Shown here: in pieces, positions 41,249-52,128 of the stretch
Numbering within the stretch: the first letter of the stretch is position 1
Layout of the letters: each line of letters starts with the position of its first letter
Assembly (NCBI GenBank): GCA_963664195.1
Contig: OY760907.1
Coordinates: forward strand, 2,592,001-2,656,000
Direction: 5' to 3'
Source: an uncultured candidate division Zixibacteria bacterium
GTDB taxonomy: Bacteria > Zixibacteria > MSB-5A5 > GN15 > FEB-12
Length of the DNA stretch: 64,000 bases
Made by a program: the position numbers and the translations under genes
The notes under the pieces: generated by a model
What the model saw: only the letters and a program-made list of their open reading frames with translations
What the model was told of the DNA's origin: nothing
Databases searched by the model: none

Positions 41249-41302
41249 TGCAGGCTTCGACAGGCTCAGCCTGACTTGATTGGTTGACCTTGACTTGATT
41301 GG
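41237..41302 (-). repeat. Reverse family A 47 bp copy overlapping the nuclease stop, plus an extra TGACTTGATTGG end
   Basis: CCAATCAAGTAGTGCAGGCTTCGACAGGCTCAGCCTGACTTGATTGG, nearly the exact reverse complement of 40014-40060. Confidence 0.88.
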
Positions 41303-41335
41303 AGAGTCTCGCTTGATCGGCAGGAACAGGCCGAA

Positions 41336-41992
41336 CTACAACCGTTCGCCTACCTGCACCGAGACGCCCTCACCTTTGCCGTATTTGCCTGTCCGAAGAA
41401 TCTCGTCGATTACCTTCGCGACATAGTCCGGCTTCACATGGTCACCCGGCTCACCGCCAACTATCACTTCGCCGCAATGCTTGCCCTCCGTGTCCGTCAG
41501 CACCAGATGCACCGTGCGTACCCGATCCCTGCCGCTCAGCAATACCACCGCCGCAGTGGCAACATCGAATTCGTTTCGGCTGTATCGGTCATCGGTAGGG
41601 GAGATGTCGTCGTAGAGGTTGGTGGTGTCGGTCTCGGGGACGTAGTCGGACAGCGTGCCGCCGTGGAGTTCGACCGTGATCGTCCCCGTGACCGGGAAGT
41701 TCTCCCCGAACGTATAGCCGTAGTCATGGGTGAGTTTCGATTGGAGCCTGTCAATGAATTCCGTGCAGTAACTCTCATGCGACCGCCAGGCCTTCGAGGC
41801 CTGCGAGGCCTGCGAGGCCGACGTCTTGTCAGTGGCGCTCTCTTCCGCCCAGACAATTTTCCAATGCTCGACCGTGCGAATCTCGCCGGAAATCGAGCTG
41901 TGCTTGACGGTCGGTCCCCCGCATCCAATGACAGTCACAATCGCTGCCAGCATCAGGCAAACGAAGGCTATTGTACTCAGCGTTCTGTTCAT
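41336..41992 (-). CDS. Hypothetical lipoprotein
   Basis: Signal peptide ending VIGC; 218 aa. Confidence 0.65.
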   Translation of the reverse strand: MNRTLSTIAFVCLMLAAIVTVIGCGGPTVKHSSISGEIRTVEHWKIVWAEESATDKTSASQASQASKAWRSHESYCTEFIDRLQSKLTHDYGYTFGENFPVTGTITVELHGGTLSDYVPETDTTNLYDDISPTDDRYSRNEFDVATAAVVLLSGRDRVRTVHLVLTDTEGKHCGEVIVGGEPGDHVKPDYVAKVIDEILRTGKYGKGEGVSVQVGERL

Positions 41993-42005
41993 GTCGAGTC
42001 TATCC

Positions 42006-42599
42006 TCAGCTATGATCGTTTTCGATAGCTTCGTTCAGGAGCACCATGTGAACGTGATCCTCCCAGACGCCGTTGATTTTGAGATACTTTCGGGCGAGGC
42101 CTTCGTTGACAAACCCCAGTTTTTCGACTACGCGTACTGAGGGGAGATTTCTCGGAATGATGTTGGCCTCAATACGATGGAGCTTGATTTCGTTGAAAGC
42201 ATAATCTACCAATGCTTGCAGTGCCTCAGTAGTGTAGCCGCGTCCTACCTCCAGTTCGTCCAGTTTGTAGCCGAGGATAGCCGAGAGAAACACGCCGTAG
42301 ACGATATTACTCAGGACAACAACTCCGAGTGTCCGCTCGAAATACCTGTCGGCCTCGCGGAATATCCACAGCCGGCAGCCCTGCCCGGCGCGCGCCTGCG
42401 CTTCATCCTGCTTGAGCAGACTCACCTGATAGTCGTGGGTGAAAAACTCCGGCCTGCGTTTCGGCTCCCATGGTTCGAGAAAGCCCCGGTTGCGGGTATA
42501 GTAGTCGAGGGTGCGGTCAGCGAAACGCTCGTCGAGGCCTTTCAGAACGAGGCGTTCGGTTCGCAACTCCAACTGCGGGTCTATAATCGGTATCTGCAT
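42006..42599 (-). CDS. RimJ/RimL family GNAT N-acetyltransferase
   Basis: LRTERL, LGYKLD..GRGY, LHRIEANI.P.N..S, EG..R.YLKING.WEDH motifs. Confidence 0.9.
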   Translation of the reverse strand: MQIPIIDPQLELRTERLVLKGLDERFADRTLDYYTRNRGFLEPWEPKRRPEFFTHDYQVSLLKQDEAQARAGQGCRLWIFREADRYFERTLGVVVLSNIVYGVFLSAILGYKLDELEVGRGYTTEALQALVDYAFNEIKLHRIEANIIPRNLPSVRVVEKLGFVNEGLARKYLKINGVWEDHVHMVLLNEAIENDHS

Positions 42600-42706
42600 G
42601 TCTCTATTAACCTGTGGAACGAATGAAAGTCTATGGTCGCCTATTTTGTACTCTCCACCGGGCGGAAAGATACGCTAAACGTTGTCACTGCGCCAGTTTC
42701 AAACGC

Positions 42707-43669
42707 TCAAACGATTGCCAGTTCTCCGGGATACGGTCGAAAGCAGCTCTGCTCTCTGATGAAGCTCTTGTCATAGCGCACCGCCCAGATCTGGACCGTT
42801 TTGCGCACGGCGGCGATAGGCAGCTCGCCCGCTCGATACTTGTCGAGAGCTGCGTGGAACTGCTTCTTCTCGTGGGCGCTTAAGTGCACCCCGTAGTGCC
42901 CCGGCGCCGGTTCGTACAGTTTGGCAAGTGATTCGCGCCGGGGCGGACGTTTCAGGGCGGCATAGAGGTGCTTACGGTATTGTGAGAAGCTTGCCGCAAC
43001 GTCATCCACTGATCCTTCGACAATGCCATCCAGTAGGCTAGCTTGTTTCTGGTTGTAGGCGGCAAGTTGCAAGGCTGAGTATTCATGGAACCGCCGCAGG
43101 GCGCTGACAGACCCAAGACGTGTCGCACGCCGGAACTCGGCCAGTAGATAGAGCTTCGTTAGCCAGTGCTCGCGGATGCGCGGATCGCTCAAGCCTTCTT
43201 CATCTTCAAAGGCCAGACCCTCGAATTGCAACCGCATGGCGTCGGCAAAGAGACCGCTGGAACGCCCGGCAACGGGGGCTGTTTCTCTCCTGGATGTGAA
43301 GAACTTCGTCCCGCGAAGGCCGCACGAGGGTGATTTCCGCTTCAGAATGAACCCATCGGCCACAGACTCGCCAGCCTCATTCACCAACGAATCGGCATAA
43401 AAACTCGCAAATCCCGCCATGTCTCCTGTCAGATCGCGTTTGGTGGCCGGTTGGTAGAGAATGCGCTTGTTCTTCGAAATCTGGATGACTCGTATCTTCG
43501 CGCGCGGACAGCCGAGGCCAATCTCCATTTCAGGGCACACCGGCACGAATTCGACCCACGGTTTCAAAGCGTGAACAAACGGACACACCACGCGTTCACT
43601 ATCGTAACGACAGGACGCGAACTCGAGGCATTTGGAGACGACAACTATCGGTTTGGCGAATCTTCGCAT
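42707..43669 (-). CDS. DUF523 (2-thiouracil desulfurase-like) + DUF1722 fusion, YbgA-like
   Basis: S.CL...CRYD, VCPEMEIGLG.PR, LK.KSPSCG, GLFA; C-terminal PYP. Confidence 0.85.
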   Translation of the reverse strand: MRRFAKPIVVVSKCLEFASCRYDSERVVCPFVHALKPWVEFVPVCPEMEIGLGCPRAKIRVIQISKNKRILYQPATKRDLTGDMAGFASFYADSLVNEAGESVADGFILKRKSPSCGLRGTKFFTSRRETAPVAGRSSGLFADAMRLQFEGLAFEDEEGLSDPRIREHWLTKLYLLAEFRRATRLGSVSALRRFHEYSALQLAAYNQKQASLLDGIVEGSVDDVAASFSQYRKHLYAALKRPPRRESLAKLYEPAPGHYGVHLSAHEKKQFHAALDKYRAGELPIAAVRKTVQIWAVRYDKSFIREQSCFRPYPGELAIV

Positions 43670-43876
43670 TTTCTATCCGGTCTTTGACACTGTTTTTCCG
43701 GAGAATCTAAGCGGCTTTGTTGCATCACACAAGATGAAAGCATCGCTTTCGGCGTGTTTTGGCCCTTGCATGGTGGTACTTTACAAACGGTCCGGTACTC
43801 CCTATATTGCGGCTCGCACGGCACAGCGACATGCTTCTCTTGATTGGCCTACAATCACATTAGCAGGGTGTCTTTT

Positions 43877-45682
43877 TTGAAACGAAAAATACGAATCGGC
43901 AACGCCAGCGGTTACTGGGGTGATGATCTGTCAGCAATGAAGCGGCAGCTCACCGGTGGACCGCTTGACTACATTACGATGGACTTTCTGGCCGAGATTA
44001 CAATGTCCATCCTCCAGCGACAACGGCGCCAGTCGCCCGATCTTGGCTATGCGGTTGATTTTCTGTCACAACTTGAGGAATGTCTGCCCCTGATTGTCAA
44101 AAAGAACGTCCGGGTGATAAGCAACGCCGGCGGCATCAACCCGATCGGACTGGGGCGCAAGATCGTTGCCCTGGCGCAGTCAATGGGATTGAATATCAAA
44201 GTCGGTGTGGTCTATGGTGATGATATCGCCGACCAACTCTACGAACTCTCGGCGGCCGGTGAAAGATTTACGAACATGGAGACGGGCGAGAGCTTCTACG
44301 ATGTTCGCTCAAGCATCACCACGGCCAATATCTATCTCGGTGCCGAACCGGTGGTCAAGGCGCTCGAAGCGGGTTGTCAGATAGTCGTTACAGGTCGTGT
44401 GACCGATACCGGTATCACACTTGCCCCGATGATCCATGAGTTCGGATGGGCGATGGACGACTGGGATAAGATGGCGGCCGGTATTGTCGCCGGGCACATG
44501 ATTGAGTGCGGCGCACAGGCGACCGGCGGAAATATAACAGACTGGCAGGATGTAAAGAACTACGACAACATCGGGTATCCCATTATCGAGATGAGCAACT
44601 CCGGCGAGTTCATTGTCACCAAACACAGAAACACCGGTGGCATGGTATCCGAGAAGACGGTTAAGGAACAGCTTGTCTACGAGATGGGCGACCCCGCTTC
44701 TTATATTTCACCCGATGGTGTCGCTCGGTTCGACACGGTGCAGATTAAGGCTGTCGGTCCGAACAAAGTCAAGGTTTGGGGAATCCAGGGAATGCCGGAA
44801 CCCGATTTCCTCAAAGTGTCCATGTCCTACGATGACGGCTACAAAGCCTCAGGCGAGGTGCTGGTCTCCGGACCGGACATCCACGCCAAAGCAGAGTCGA
44901 TTGCTTCGATCTTCTGGAACAAGCTGAACTATGAATATGAATCTTCTCGGACGGAGATGATCGGCACCGGCTCGATCTGGCCGCGGCAGTTGACTTCCTG
45001 TGAGGCCAACGAAATCCTGTTACGATTTGGTGTCCGTGATCACGACCGCAGTAAAGTTGAGCAATTCGGCAAAGCGCTATCGACTTTGATTCTCTCCGGA
45101 CCCGCGGGCATGGCCGTCACCGGACAGGGGAGACCCAAGCCGAAGTCCGTCATCGCATATTGGCCGGCACTGATACACCGTAGTCGTGTGAAGGCCAAGG
45201 TATTGGTGATAGGGACGGGCGGCGAGGAAGACTTCCACGAGATTTCATTCCCGATTCGCGTGCGAGAGGTTCCGTCCGAGGCGAAGAAGACCACACGAGC
45301 CGCACGTCCTGTGATCAAGGCTAAAGGCCGTCTCAAGACAGTACGTTTACAGGAAATCTGCTATGCCCGATCCGGCGACAAGGGAGACACCTGCAACATC
45401 GGTGTGCTTGCCCGTTCGCCCGAAGTTTATGATTGGATAATCGGGAATCTCACGCCGGCGATCGTCAAGAAGTTCTTTGCGGGCATCACGTTCGGCAAAG
45501 TTGTTCGCTACGAACTCGACAATATACAGGCGCTGAACTTCCTGCTTGAGCAGACGCTCGACGGGGGAGGAACGCGTTCGCTGATGATAGACCCACAGGG
45601 GAAAACGCTTGCTCAGGCCCTGTTGCAGATGCCGGTCAAAGTACCGGAGTCGCTGTTGGGGCATAAGGCCGGGAAGAAGTAA
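43877..45682 (+). CDS. Acyclic terpene utilisation AtuA family protein (DUF1446)
   Basis: [55 protein letters not shown] start inferred; TTTACA-17-TATATT at 43780-43808. Confidence 0.88.
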   Translation: MKRKIRIGNASGYWGDDLSAMKRQLTGGPLDYITMDFLAEITMSILQRQRRQSPDLGYAVDFLSQLEECLPLIVKKNVRVISNAGGINPIGLGRKIVALAQSMGLNIKVGVVYGDDIADQLYELSAAGERFTNMETGESFYDVRSSITTANIYLGAEPVVKALEAGCQIVVTGRVTDTGITLAPMIHEFGWAMDDWDKMAAGIVAGHMIECGAQATGGNITDWQDVKNYDNIGYPIIEMSNSGEFIVTKHRNTGGMVSEKTVKEQLVYEMGDPASYISPDGVARFDTVQIKAVGPNKVKVWGIQGMPEPDFLKVSMSYDDGYKASGEVLVSGPDIHAKAESIASIFWNKLNYEYESSRTEMIGTGSIWPRQLTSCEANEILLRFGVRDHDRSKVEQFGKALSTLILSGPAGMAVTGQGRPKPKSVIAYWPALIHRSRVKAKVLVIGTGGEEDFHEISFPIRVREVPSEAKKTTRAARPVIKAKGRLKTVRLQEICYARSGDKGDTCNIGVLARSPEVYDWIIGNLTPAIVKKFFAGITFGKVVRYELDNIQALNFLLEQTLDGGGTRSLMIDPQGKTLAQALLQMPVKVPESLLGHKAGKK

Positions 45683-45684
45683 CT

Positions 45685-47292
45685 ATGTTTCGTATCGAGT
45701 CCAAAGTCAGTACCTCCTCCGATCAGTTCAAAGAGAACCGTGAAAAGAACCTGCAACAGCACGCCGAATTCAAAGAGCGCCTAACCAAAGTTAAACTGGG
45801 CGGTCCGGAGAAATCCCGGCAACGTCACGTGGACCGCAAGAAGATGCTTCCGCGTGACCGACTCGCCGGGTTGCTCGACAAGAACACGCCGTTCCTCGAG
45901 TTGAGTTCGCTCGCGGCGTACGACATGTATGACAACAACGCTCCCGCTGCCGGGATTATCACCGGTATTGGGTCAGTCCACGGGCGCGAGGTGATGGTCG
46001 TGGTCAACGATGCCACTGTCAAAGGCGGCACGTACTACCCGATGACAATCCTCAAGCACGCGCGTGCGCAGGAAATTGCCGAGACAAATGGTCTTCCGTG
46101 CGTGTATCTCGTGGACTCGGGAGGTATTTTTCTTCCGCTGCAATCGGGGACGTTCCCCGACAAGGACCACTTTGGGCGTATCTTCTATAATCAAGCGCGA
46201 CTCTCCGCGAAAGGTTTGGCGCAGATTTCGGTGGTAATGGGGTCCTGTACTGCCGGAGGCGCGTATCTTCCGGCCATGTCCGACGAGACCGTGATTGTCC
46301 GCAAGCAGGGGACGATTTTTATCGGCGGACCGCCACTGGTGAAAGCCGCGACGGGTGAAGTTGTCTCCGCCGAAGAACTCGGTGGCGCCGACGTTCACTG
46401 CCGCACCTCCGGCGTTAGTGATCATTACGCCCAGAACGATGCCCACGCCCTCCAGATCGCACGGAATATCGTGGAGAACCTGGAACGCCGCGCTCCGTAT
46501 CCACTGGATCGCACTGCCCCCGAAGACCCATACTATGATCCTGAGGAGTTGTACGGCGTGGTGTCAAATGACCTTCGCAAACCGTTTGATGTCCGCGAAG
46601 TGATCGCGCGCACGGTTGACGGTTCGAGATTTCACGAATTCAAAGAGCTGTACGGCGCCACACTGGTGACAGGGTTTGCGCGGATCATGGGATACCCGGT
46701 CGGTATCATCGGCAACAACGGTGTGCTGTTCAGCGAGTCGTCGGTCAAGGGAGCACACTTCATCGAGTTGTGTACGCAGCGTCGCATCCCCCTGATTTTC
46801 ATGCAGAATATCTCCGGCTTTATCGTTGGCCGTCAGTACGAAGCGGGCGGCATTGCCCGCGACGGCGCAAAGATGGTCCACGCGGTGGCCAACGCCGACG
46901 TTCCCAAATTCACTGTTGTGGTCGGTGGCTCTTACGGTGCCGGTAACTACGCCATGTGCGGCAGGGGGTACTTCCCGCGCCTGATGTGGATGTGGCCCAA
47001 CGCCAAGATCTGCGTGATGGGCGGTGAGCAGGCCGCGGACGTTCTTGCGACGGTGAAGATTCGCCAGCTCGAGAAAGAGGGTAAGAAACTGACGGAGGAC
47101 GAGATCAAGGAAATCCGCCAGCCGATTATCGACAAGTACGAGTCGGAATCGACCCCGTATTACTCCGGCGCACGGCTCTGGGATGATGGCATGATCGGGA
47201 TGACCGAAACCCGCCAGGCGCTGGGACTGGCGATAGCGGCCTCGCTGAACGCGCCGATCCCGGAACAGAAGTACGGCGTCTTCCGGATGTAG
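45685..47292 (+). CDS. 3-methylcrotonyl-CoA carboxylase carboxyltransferase subunit (LiuB/MccB)
   Basis: [46 protein letters not shown]-terminal GVFRM. Confidence 0.92.
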   Translation: MFRIESKVSTSSDQFKENREKNLQQHAEFKERLTKVKLGGPEKSRQRHVDRKKMLPRDRLAGLLDKNTPFLELSSLAAYDMYDNNAPAAGIITGIGSVHGREVMVVVNDATVKGGTYYPMTILKHARAQEIAETNGLPCVYLVDSGGIFLPLQSGTFPDKDHFGRIFYNQARLSAKGLAQISVVMGSCTAGGAYLPAMSDETVIVRKQGTIFIGGPPLVKAATGEVVSAEELGGADVHCRTSGVSDHYAQNDAHALQIARNIVENLERRAPYPLDRTAPEDPYYDPEELYGVVSNDLRKPFDVREVIARTVDGSRFHEFKELYGATLVTGFARIMGYPVGIIGNNGVLFSESSVKGAHFIELCTQRRIPLIFMQNISGFIVGRQYEAGGIARDGAKMVHAVANADVPKFTVVVGGSYGAGNYAMCGRGYFPRLMWMWPNAKICVMGGEQAADVLATVKIRQLEKEGKKLTEDEIKEIRQPIIDKYESESTPYYSGARLWDDGMIGMTETRQALGLAIAASLNAPIPEQKYGVFRM

Positions 47293-47371
47293 GGAACGGG
47301 TGCCCTTTCTCTTGTGGATGAAGGAACCGCAGGCGCAGAAGCTGTAAACTGTCATGATGAGTAACGGATAA

Positions 47372-48160
47372 ATGGAATACACGACACTGAAATTCGAAAA
47401 AGACGGACGGGTCGGGCGCGTGACGTTCAACCGGCCCGAGATCCACAACGCCTTCAACTCGACTGTCATCACCGAGATGTCCCACCTCTTCAACGAACTT
47501 GCCTATGATAACGACCTCCGTGTTGTCCTGCTGACCGGCGAGGGCAAGTCATTCTGTGCGGGTGCGGATTTGAACTGGATGAGGGAAGTGATCGACCAGT
47601 CGTTTGAGCAGAACCTGGAAGAATCAAACAAACTTGCCGATCTGTTCTACCAGATTTACACGTTCAAACGCCCTGTCATTGGTCGGATCAACGGTGCGGC
47701 TATTGGTGGCGGTACCGGATTTGTCGCCGTGTGTGATATCGCAGTAGCGGCATCCTCAGCGAAGTTCTCGTTTTCCGAGGTGAAGATCGGTGTGGTGCCG
47801 GCCTGTATCGGACCGTACGTGATCCGGAAAATGGGCGAGGGCAAAGCACGCGAACTGTTCATCACCGGCGAACGGATGAAGGCAAAACGCGCGCACAAAG
47901 TCGGGCTAATCAACAAAGTTGTCGATGATGATAAGCTCGACGAAGAAGTCAACGAGTTGATCGATGCTATCCTGACCTCCGGCCCCGACGCCGTGGCAAT
48001 GGCTAAGAAACTCGTCAGCGAAGTTCCTGCGATGTCCCCCGATCAGTTCAAGCCGTACACGGCTGAAATGATAGCCAGACTCCGTGTCTCCGACGAGGGA
48101 CAGGAGGGGATGGATGCCTTTTTGAATAAGAGAAAACCCCGCTGGGTTACTGAAAAATAA
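47372..48160 (+). CDS. Enoyl-CoA hydratase family, methylglutaconyl-CoA hydratase-like (LiuC)
   Basis: NRPEIHNAF, FCAGADLNWM, GGG.G, SEVKIG, EGQEG..AFL.KR.P; gene context. Confidence 0.88.
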   Translation: MEYTTLKFEKDGRVGRVTFNRPEIHNAFNSTVITEMSHLFNELAYDNDLRVVLLTGEGKSFCAGADLNWMREVIDQSFEQNLEESNKLADLFYQIYTFKRPVIGRINGAAIGGGTGFVAVCDIAVAASSAKFSFSEVKIGVVPACIGPYVIRKMGEGKARELFITGERMKAKRAHKVGLINKVVDDDKLDEEVNELIDAILTSGPDAVAMAKKLVSEVPAMSPDQFKPYTAEMIARLRVSDEGQEGMDAFLNKRKPRWVTEK

Positions 48161-48223
48161 ACCGTAAAAGCCAGGTGACCTTGCGTGCGCAGACACCGGG
48201 TCACACAGTCTGAGAGCAACAGC

Positions 48224-49735
48224 ATGTTTAAGAAGATTCTGGTAGCCAATCGCTCCGAAATTGCCGTGCGGGTGATCAACGCCTGCCGCGTGATGGGAAT
48301 CGGATCGGTGGCCGTCTACTCCGAGGCTGACAAGAACTCAAAACACACGCGTATGGCCGACGAGGCGGTATTCATCGGACCGCCCTCGCCGAACGAGTCC
48401 TATCTCGATATCGAGAAGATCGTCTCGGCTGCCAAAGAAACCGGCTGCGACGCCATTCATCCCGGTTATGGCTTCCTGGCTGAGAATCATATATTACCGA
48501 AGCGTTGTGTTGAGGAGGGGATGGTTTTCATTGGGCCGACTCCCGAAGCAATGCTGCTGATGGGCAACAAGGTTGAGTCGCGGATCAAAATGACCGAGGC
48601 GGGCGTGCCGCTGGTGCCGGGTATGACCTCAAGTGCCACCGATCCGGCAGTCTTCAGGGAAGCCGCCGACAAGGCCGGATATCCGGTTATGATCAAGGCC
48701 GCGGCGGGCGGTGGCGGCAAGGGAATGCGGGTGGTACACGAGTCCTCGCAACTCGAAGATGCTCTTGAGGCAGCCTCGCGCGAGGCCTTGAACGCCTTTG
48801 GCGACGATACCATTTATCTCGAGAAGTACATTGCCAATCCGCGCCACGTAGAGTTCCAGATTCTGGCTGACACCCACGGTAACACAGTGCATCTGTTTGA
48901 ACGAGAGTGTTCTATCCAACGCCGCCACCAGAAGATTATCGAGGAGACGCCCTCAGTGGCGCTCGATGATGAACTCCGTGCGCGCATGGGAGCGGATGCG
49001 GTCAAGGTTGCGCAGGCTGCTGACTACACGGGTGCCGGCACGGTTGAGTTCCTGCTTGCAAAGGACAAGAGCTATTACTTTCTGGAAATGAACACACGCA
49101 TTCAGGTCGAGCACCCGATTACCGAAATGACTACAGGCATTGATCTCGTCGTGGAGCAGATCAGGGTTGCGGCCGGACTTCCGCTATCGGACGGCGTCAA
49201 GAATGCAACCCAGCGAGGCCATGCGATTGAGTGCCGTTTGTACGCTGAGGACGGTGACAACAACTTCATGCCGAGCATCGGGACGATTCTGCACTACTCT
49301 GAGCCGAGCGGCCCGGGAGTGCGAATCGATTCCGGCATTGCGCAGGGGCAGGAAATTACGATTGACTACGATCCGATCATGGCCAAACTGATCGTTCACG
49401 CGCCAGACCGTGAGAGTGCAATTACGAAAGTCATCGACGCGCTCAACCACTATAAGATTCTGGGCGTGAAGACATCGAAGAGGTTCATGATCGATACCAT
49501 GCTTCATCCGGAGTTTGTCGCGGGGAATACGTACACGAGTTTTATCGAGGAGCACATGGGGGACCGTGAGGCGCTCTCGAATGGTTTTAAAAACGCCGCG
49601 GTGGCGGTTGCGAGTGTGGCAGCGGTTACAACGGCACCTCAGGCGAGCAACGGCGGCGGTGCTGCAACGGGAAGTATTGCCTCGCCCTGGCAGAGCCTCG
49701 GACACTGGGAGATTGGAGATTCGATCCATGAGTAA
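48224..49735 (+). CDS. Biotin carboxylase subunit (LiuD-like)
   Basis: KILVANR.EIA, HPGYGFLAEN, GGGGKGMR, ERECSIQRRHQK, EMNTRIQVEH motifs. Confidence 0.93.
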   Translation: MFKKILVANRSEIAVRVINACRVMGIGSVAVYSEADKNSKHTRMADEAVFIGPPSPNESYLDIEKIVSAAKETGCDAIHPGYGFLAENHILPKRCVEEGMVFIGPTPEAMLLMGNKVESRIKMTEAGVPLVPGMTSSATDPAVFREAADKAGYPVMIKAAAGGGGKGMRVVHESSQLEDALEAASREALNAFGDDTIYLEKYIANPRHVEFQILADTHGNTVHLFERECSIQRRHQKIIEETPSVALDDELRARMGADAVKVAQAADYTGAGTVEFLLAKDKSYYFLEMNTRIQVEHPITEMTTGIDLVVEQIRVAAGLPLSDGVKNATQRGHAIECRLYAEDGDNNFMPSIGTILHYSEPSGPGVRIDSGIAQGQEITIDYDPIMAKLIVHAPDRESAITKVIDALNHYKILGVKTSKRFMIDTMLHPEFVAGNTYTSFIEEHMGDREALSNGFKNAAVAVASVAAVTTAPQASNGGGAATGSIASPWQSLGHWEIGDSIHE

Positions 49736-50222
49736 TCACGAATTCCTTATAGAAGACGAGACGATTGATTCCAGTGCCGAGAAGCACGGCGACGGCTTTC
49801 GTGTGACGGTCGGTGACAGCACGTTCGACGTCCTTCCGCAGGGGAACGGCTTGTTTTCAACGGTTGTCGACGGTCAGAAGAAGCTCGTTGCGGCGGTCAC
49901 CCACCGGGGGACCACGTACGTTGATATCGACTCCGTGTTGATTGAACTGACCGAGCCGTCGGCAGAGGGTTTTGCGGGCGGCGGGGGAGAGACCGGCGAG
50001 AAAGACAAAGTGTTTGCGCCGATGCCGGGCAAGATTGTGAAGATCATGGTTGAGGTCGGCGACAAGGTCGAGAAGAAGCAGCAGGTGGCGATTGTCGAGG
50101 CGATGAAGATGGAGAACCCGGTTCTCGCCAAGGCCGACGGTACGGTCAAAGCGGTCAATTTCGCGGTAGGCGATCAGGTCGACACCGACACGCCGATCGT
50201 GGAGCTTGACCTGGGAGAGTAG
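49728..50222 (+). CDS. Biotin carboxyl carrier protein
   Basis: APMPGK and EAMKME biotinylation motif; ATG 49728 with GGAG RBS. Confidence 0.92.
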   Translation: MSNHEFLIEDETIDSSAEKHGDGFRVTVGDSTFDVLPQGNGLFSTVVDGQKKLVAAVTHRGTTYVDIDSVLIELTEPSAEGFAGGGGETGEKDKVFAPMPGKIVKIMVEVGDKVEKKQQVAIVEAMKMENPVLAKADGTVKAVNFAVGDQVDTDTPIVELDLGE

Positions 50223-50311
50223 GGGAGTTTTGCAGCGCGGACGGCCGGTTAGTACTCTCTCCGGCATTGTGCTCTGCCTGCGTTGCGATGCGGTTCGGAA
50301 GAGGGGATGCG

Positions 50312-52036
50312 ATGAGATTCTGGCATTATGGACGCCTGAGACGTGTCAGCGTGTCAACAAGGCTTCTGTTCGTTTGTGTATTCCTGTTAGCCGGGGGGAT
50401 TGCCCGACCTGTCCTGTCGGGCGATAAGTTTGCGCCGATTGATGAACCATCACCGGAAGTTCCGCAGGCCACCAGCATAGAGGTAGACCTCGATCTGCCG
50501 TACGATTTCATAATTGCGACCATCAGGCAGGCCAGCGATACTCTGCGGCCAACCTCACAGAGGGTCGCCCTGCTCGATTCATGCCTGGGGTTGATTACCC
50601 GACCAATCGTCGAACAGGCCGCGCACGATATGGGGATGGGGCCGGAAATGGCCGGGCGAGCTATCAGCTTGCTCGAGCCGGATCGGAATGTCGCCGCGAG
50701 TGAAATCCGGAAGTCGTTCGACGATATTCTGAAACGAAGAATCGACCTGGGGCAGAGTCGAGAGATATATGATGTGCCGATCCACGACGCTGTCGACAGA
50801 TTGAGCCGTGCGCTGTCCGGATCGTTGTGCAAACTCATGACGCTGGCCCTTCGGCAAACCGCCGCCGCCGTTGCTCCCGATTTGGCGACCGGGCTGTTTG
50901 ACGACCCTTGCGTCGCGGTGATCGAGTCCAGCGTTGGCCGAATTGTTGACCGCCTGGGTCTGATCGCGATTTTGCAGAGTCAACCAAGGTGCGAGTTCGC
51001 TATAAAAAACCACCTTCGTGACAATATTCTGGAAATCGCCACAGTGAAGGATTCGTTTGTTGTGGCCCACTCTGAGAGCTACAACTACGCGCCGCTGCGC
51101 TGGATTCGATTCACGGACTCCAAGGTGAAGACCAGTTCCACTGCGATGGTGCGAGCCGGATTCGATCTGGAGAGGTATCTCGATGTCAAGATTGATGAGG
51201 GCAACTCAACCATAGATATCACGCTGCCGGAGCCTTCGATTCTCTCGGTTGATCCCGATTACCGGATTGAACGGGTCAAATACGGCGTGTACCCCATCGA
51301 CGCTACTGAAATCACGGAGGCGATTGCACAGACCAAGATGAAGCTTCGTCAGGCAGCAATCGAATCCGGTATTCTCGATCACGCGAGGGAAACAGCGTCG
51401 TCAATCATCCCGGCACTCATGGCCCCGCCAACAGCATCCTTCTTTGCCGATTACACGGTGCGAGTGGGTTTTGCGGACGTTGACAATTCGGCGGTTGCGT
51501 CTTTCGAGGATAGGATCGCGGAGGCTCCCACCGATCCGTGGTCGCCGATGGCCGGGTTCAGCAACGCAACATTGTGGAGCCAGCATTTGCTGAAAGGGAT
51601 AAACCCGCTCAGAGTAGGTGTGGCTGCTTTCAAACCGAAGTATCATATCCTCTCCGGCTCGACCCCGAATGAAAGTTACAAGCAGCGGTGCGATGAGTTG
51701 ACGGTCACTTTTGTGAGAGAGCAGCTTACTACGGCCGGTGGAGCATTCGACAAAATGCGGTTTTTCAACGAAGAAGAAACCAGCGACGCTATTTATGCGG
51801 GCTGGGGCAGCGCCGGACTCAGCGACATCGAGGGGCAGCCTTACGCGGGGGGGATTTCGGACTACCATATCGTTTTTCTGGAGGTCACCAATACGGTGGC
51901 GCGCGGGTTTCTAAATTCGCGGCACGAGTGCGCGGTGGTGGCGCGGATATACAAGATGGGTGCCACGGCCCCGACCACTCATTGCGTCCTGATTGTCGAC
52001 AACCCGTACATCGACGCCAAGAAGCTGCTGGAGTAG
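50312..52036 (+). CDS. Exported protein with a DUF4230-like central domain
   Basis: Signal-like N-terminus; LE.ATV...V.AGFDL...I.ITLPEP.ILS...A..SGIL..A pattern; start uncertain. Confidence 0.6.
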   Translation: MRFWHYGRLRRVSVSTRLLFVCVFLLAGGIARPVLSGDKFAPIDEPSPEVPQATSIEVDLDLPYDFIIATIRQASDTLRPTSQRVALLDSCLGLITRPIVEQAAHDMGMGPEMAGRAISLLEPDRNVAASEIRKSFDDILKRRIDLGQSREIYDVPIHDAVDRLSRALSGSLCKLMTLALRQTAAAVAPDLATGLFDDPCVAVIESSVGRIVDRLGLIAILQSQPRCEFAIKNHLRDNILEIATVKDSFVVAHSESYNYAPLRWIRFTDSKVKTSSTAMVRAGFDLERYLDVKIDEGNSTIDITLPEPSILSVDPDYRIERVKYGVYPIDATEITEAIAQTKMKLRQAAIESGILDHARETASSIIPALMAPPTASFFADYTVRVGFADVDNSAVASFEDRIAEAPTDPWSPMAGFSNATLWSQHLLKGINPLRVGVAAFKPKYHILSGSTPNESYKQRCDELTVTFVREQLTTAGGAFDKMRFFNEEETSDAIYAGWGSAGLSDIEGQPYAGGISDYHIVFLEVTNTVARGFLNSRHECAVVARIYKMGATAPTTHCVLIVDNPYIDAKKLLE

Positions 52037-52128
52037 GGGGGGCTTGACCGTTATCTGTGGCGAACTGCTTGCGGTGCGAACGAGACGCCAATGTCTTGCG
52101 ACGACGAAAAGACTCAAGGAGCACAGAC

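Noticed and set aside
39793..41302. CRISPR array or integron cassette array
   Set aside because: Repeats alternate in orientation with irregular spacing, no cas or intI gene is present, and the ends lack RYYYAAC/GTTRRRY attC boxes.
41790..41820. Three 9 bp repeats in the lipoprotein gene
   Set aside because: In-frame ASQASQASK low-complexity linker; too short to suggest phase variation.
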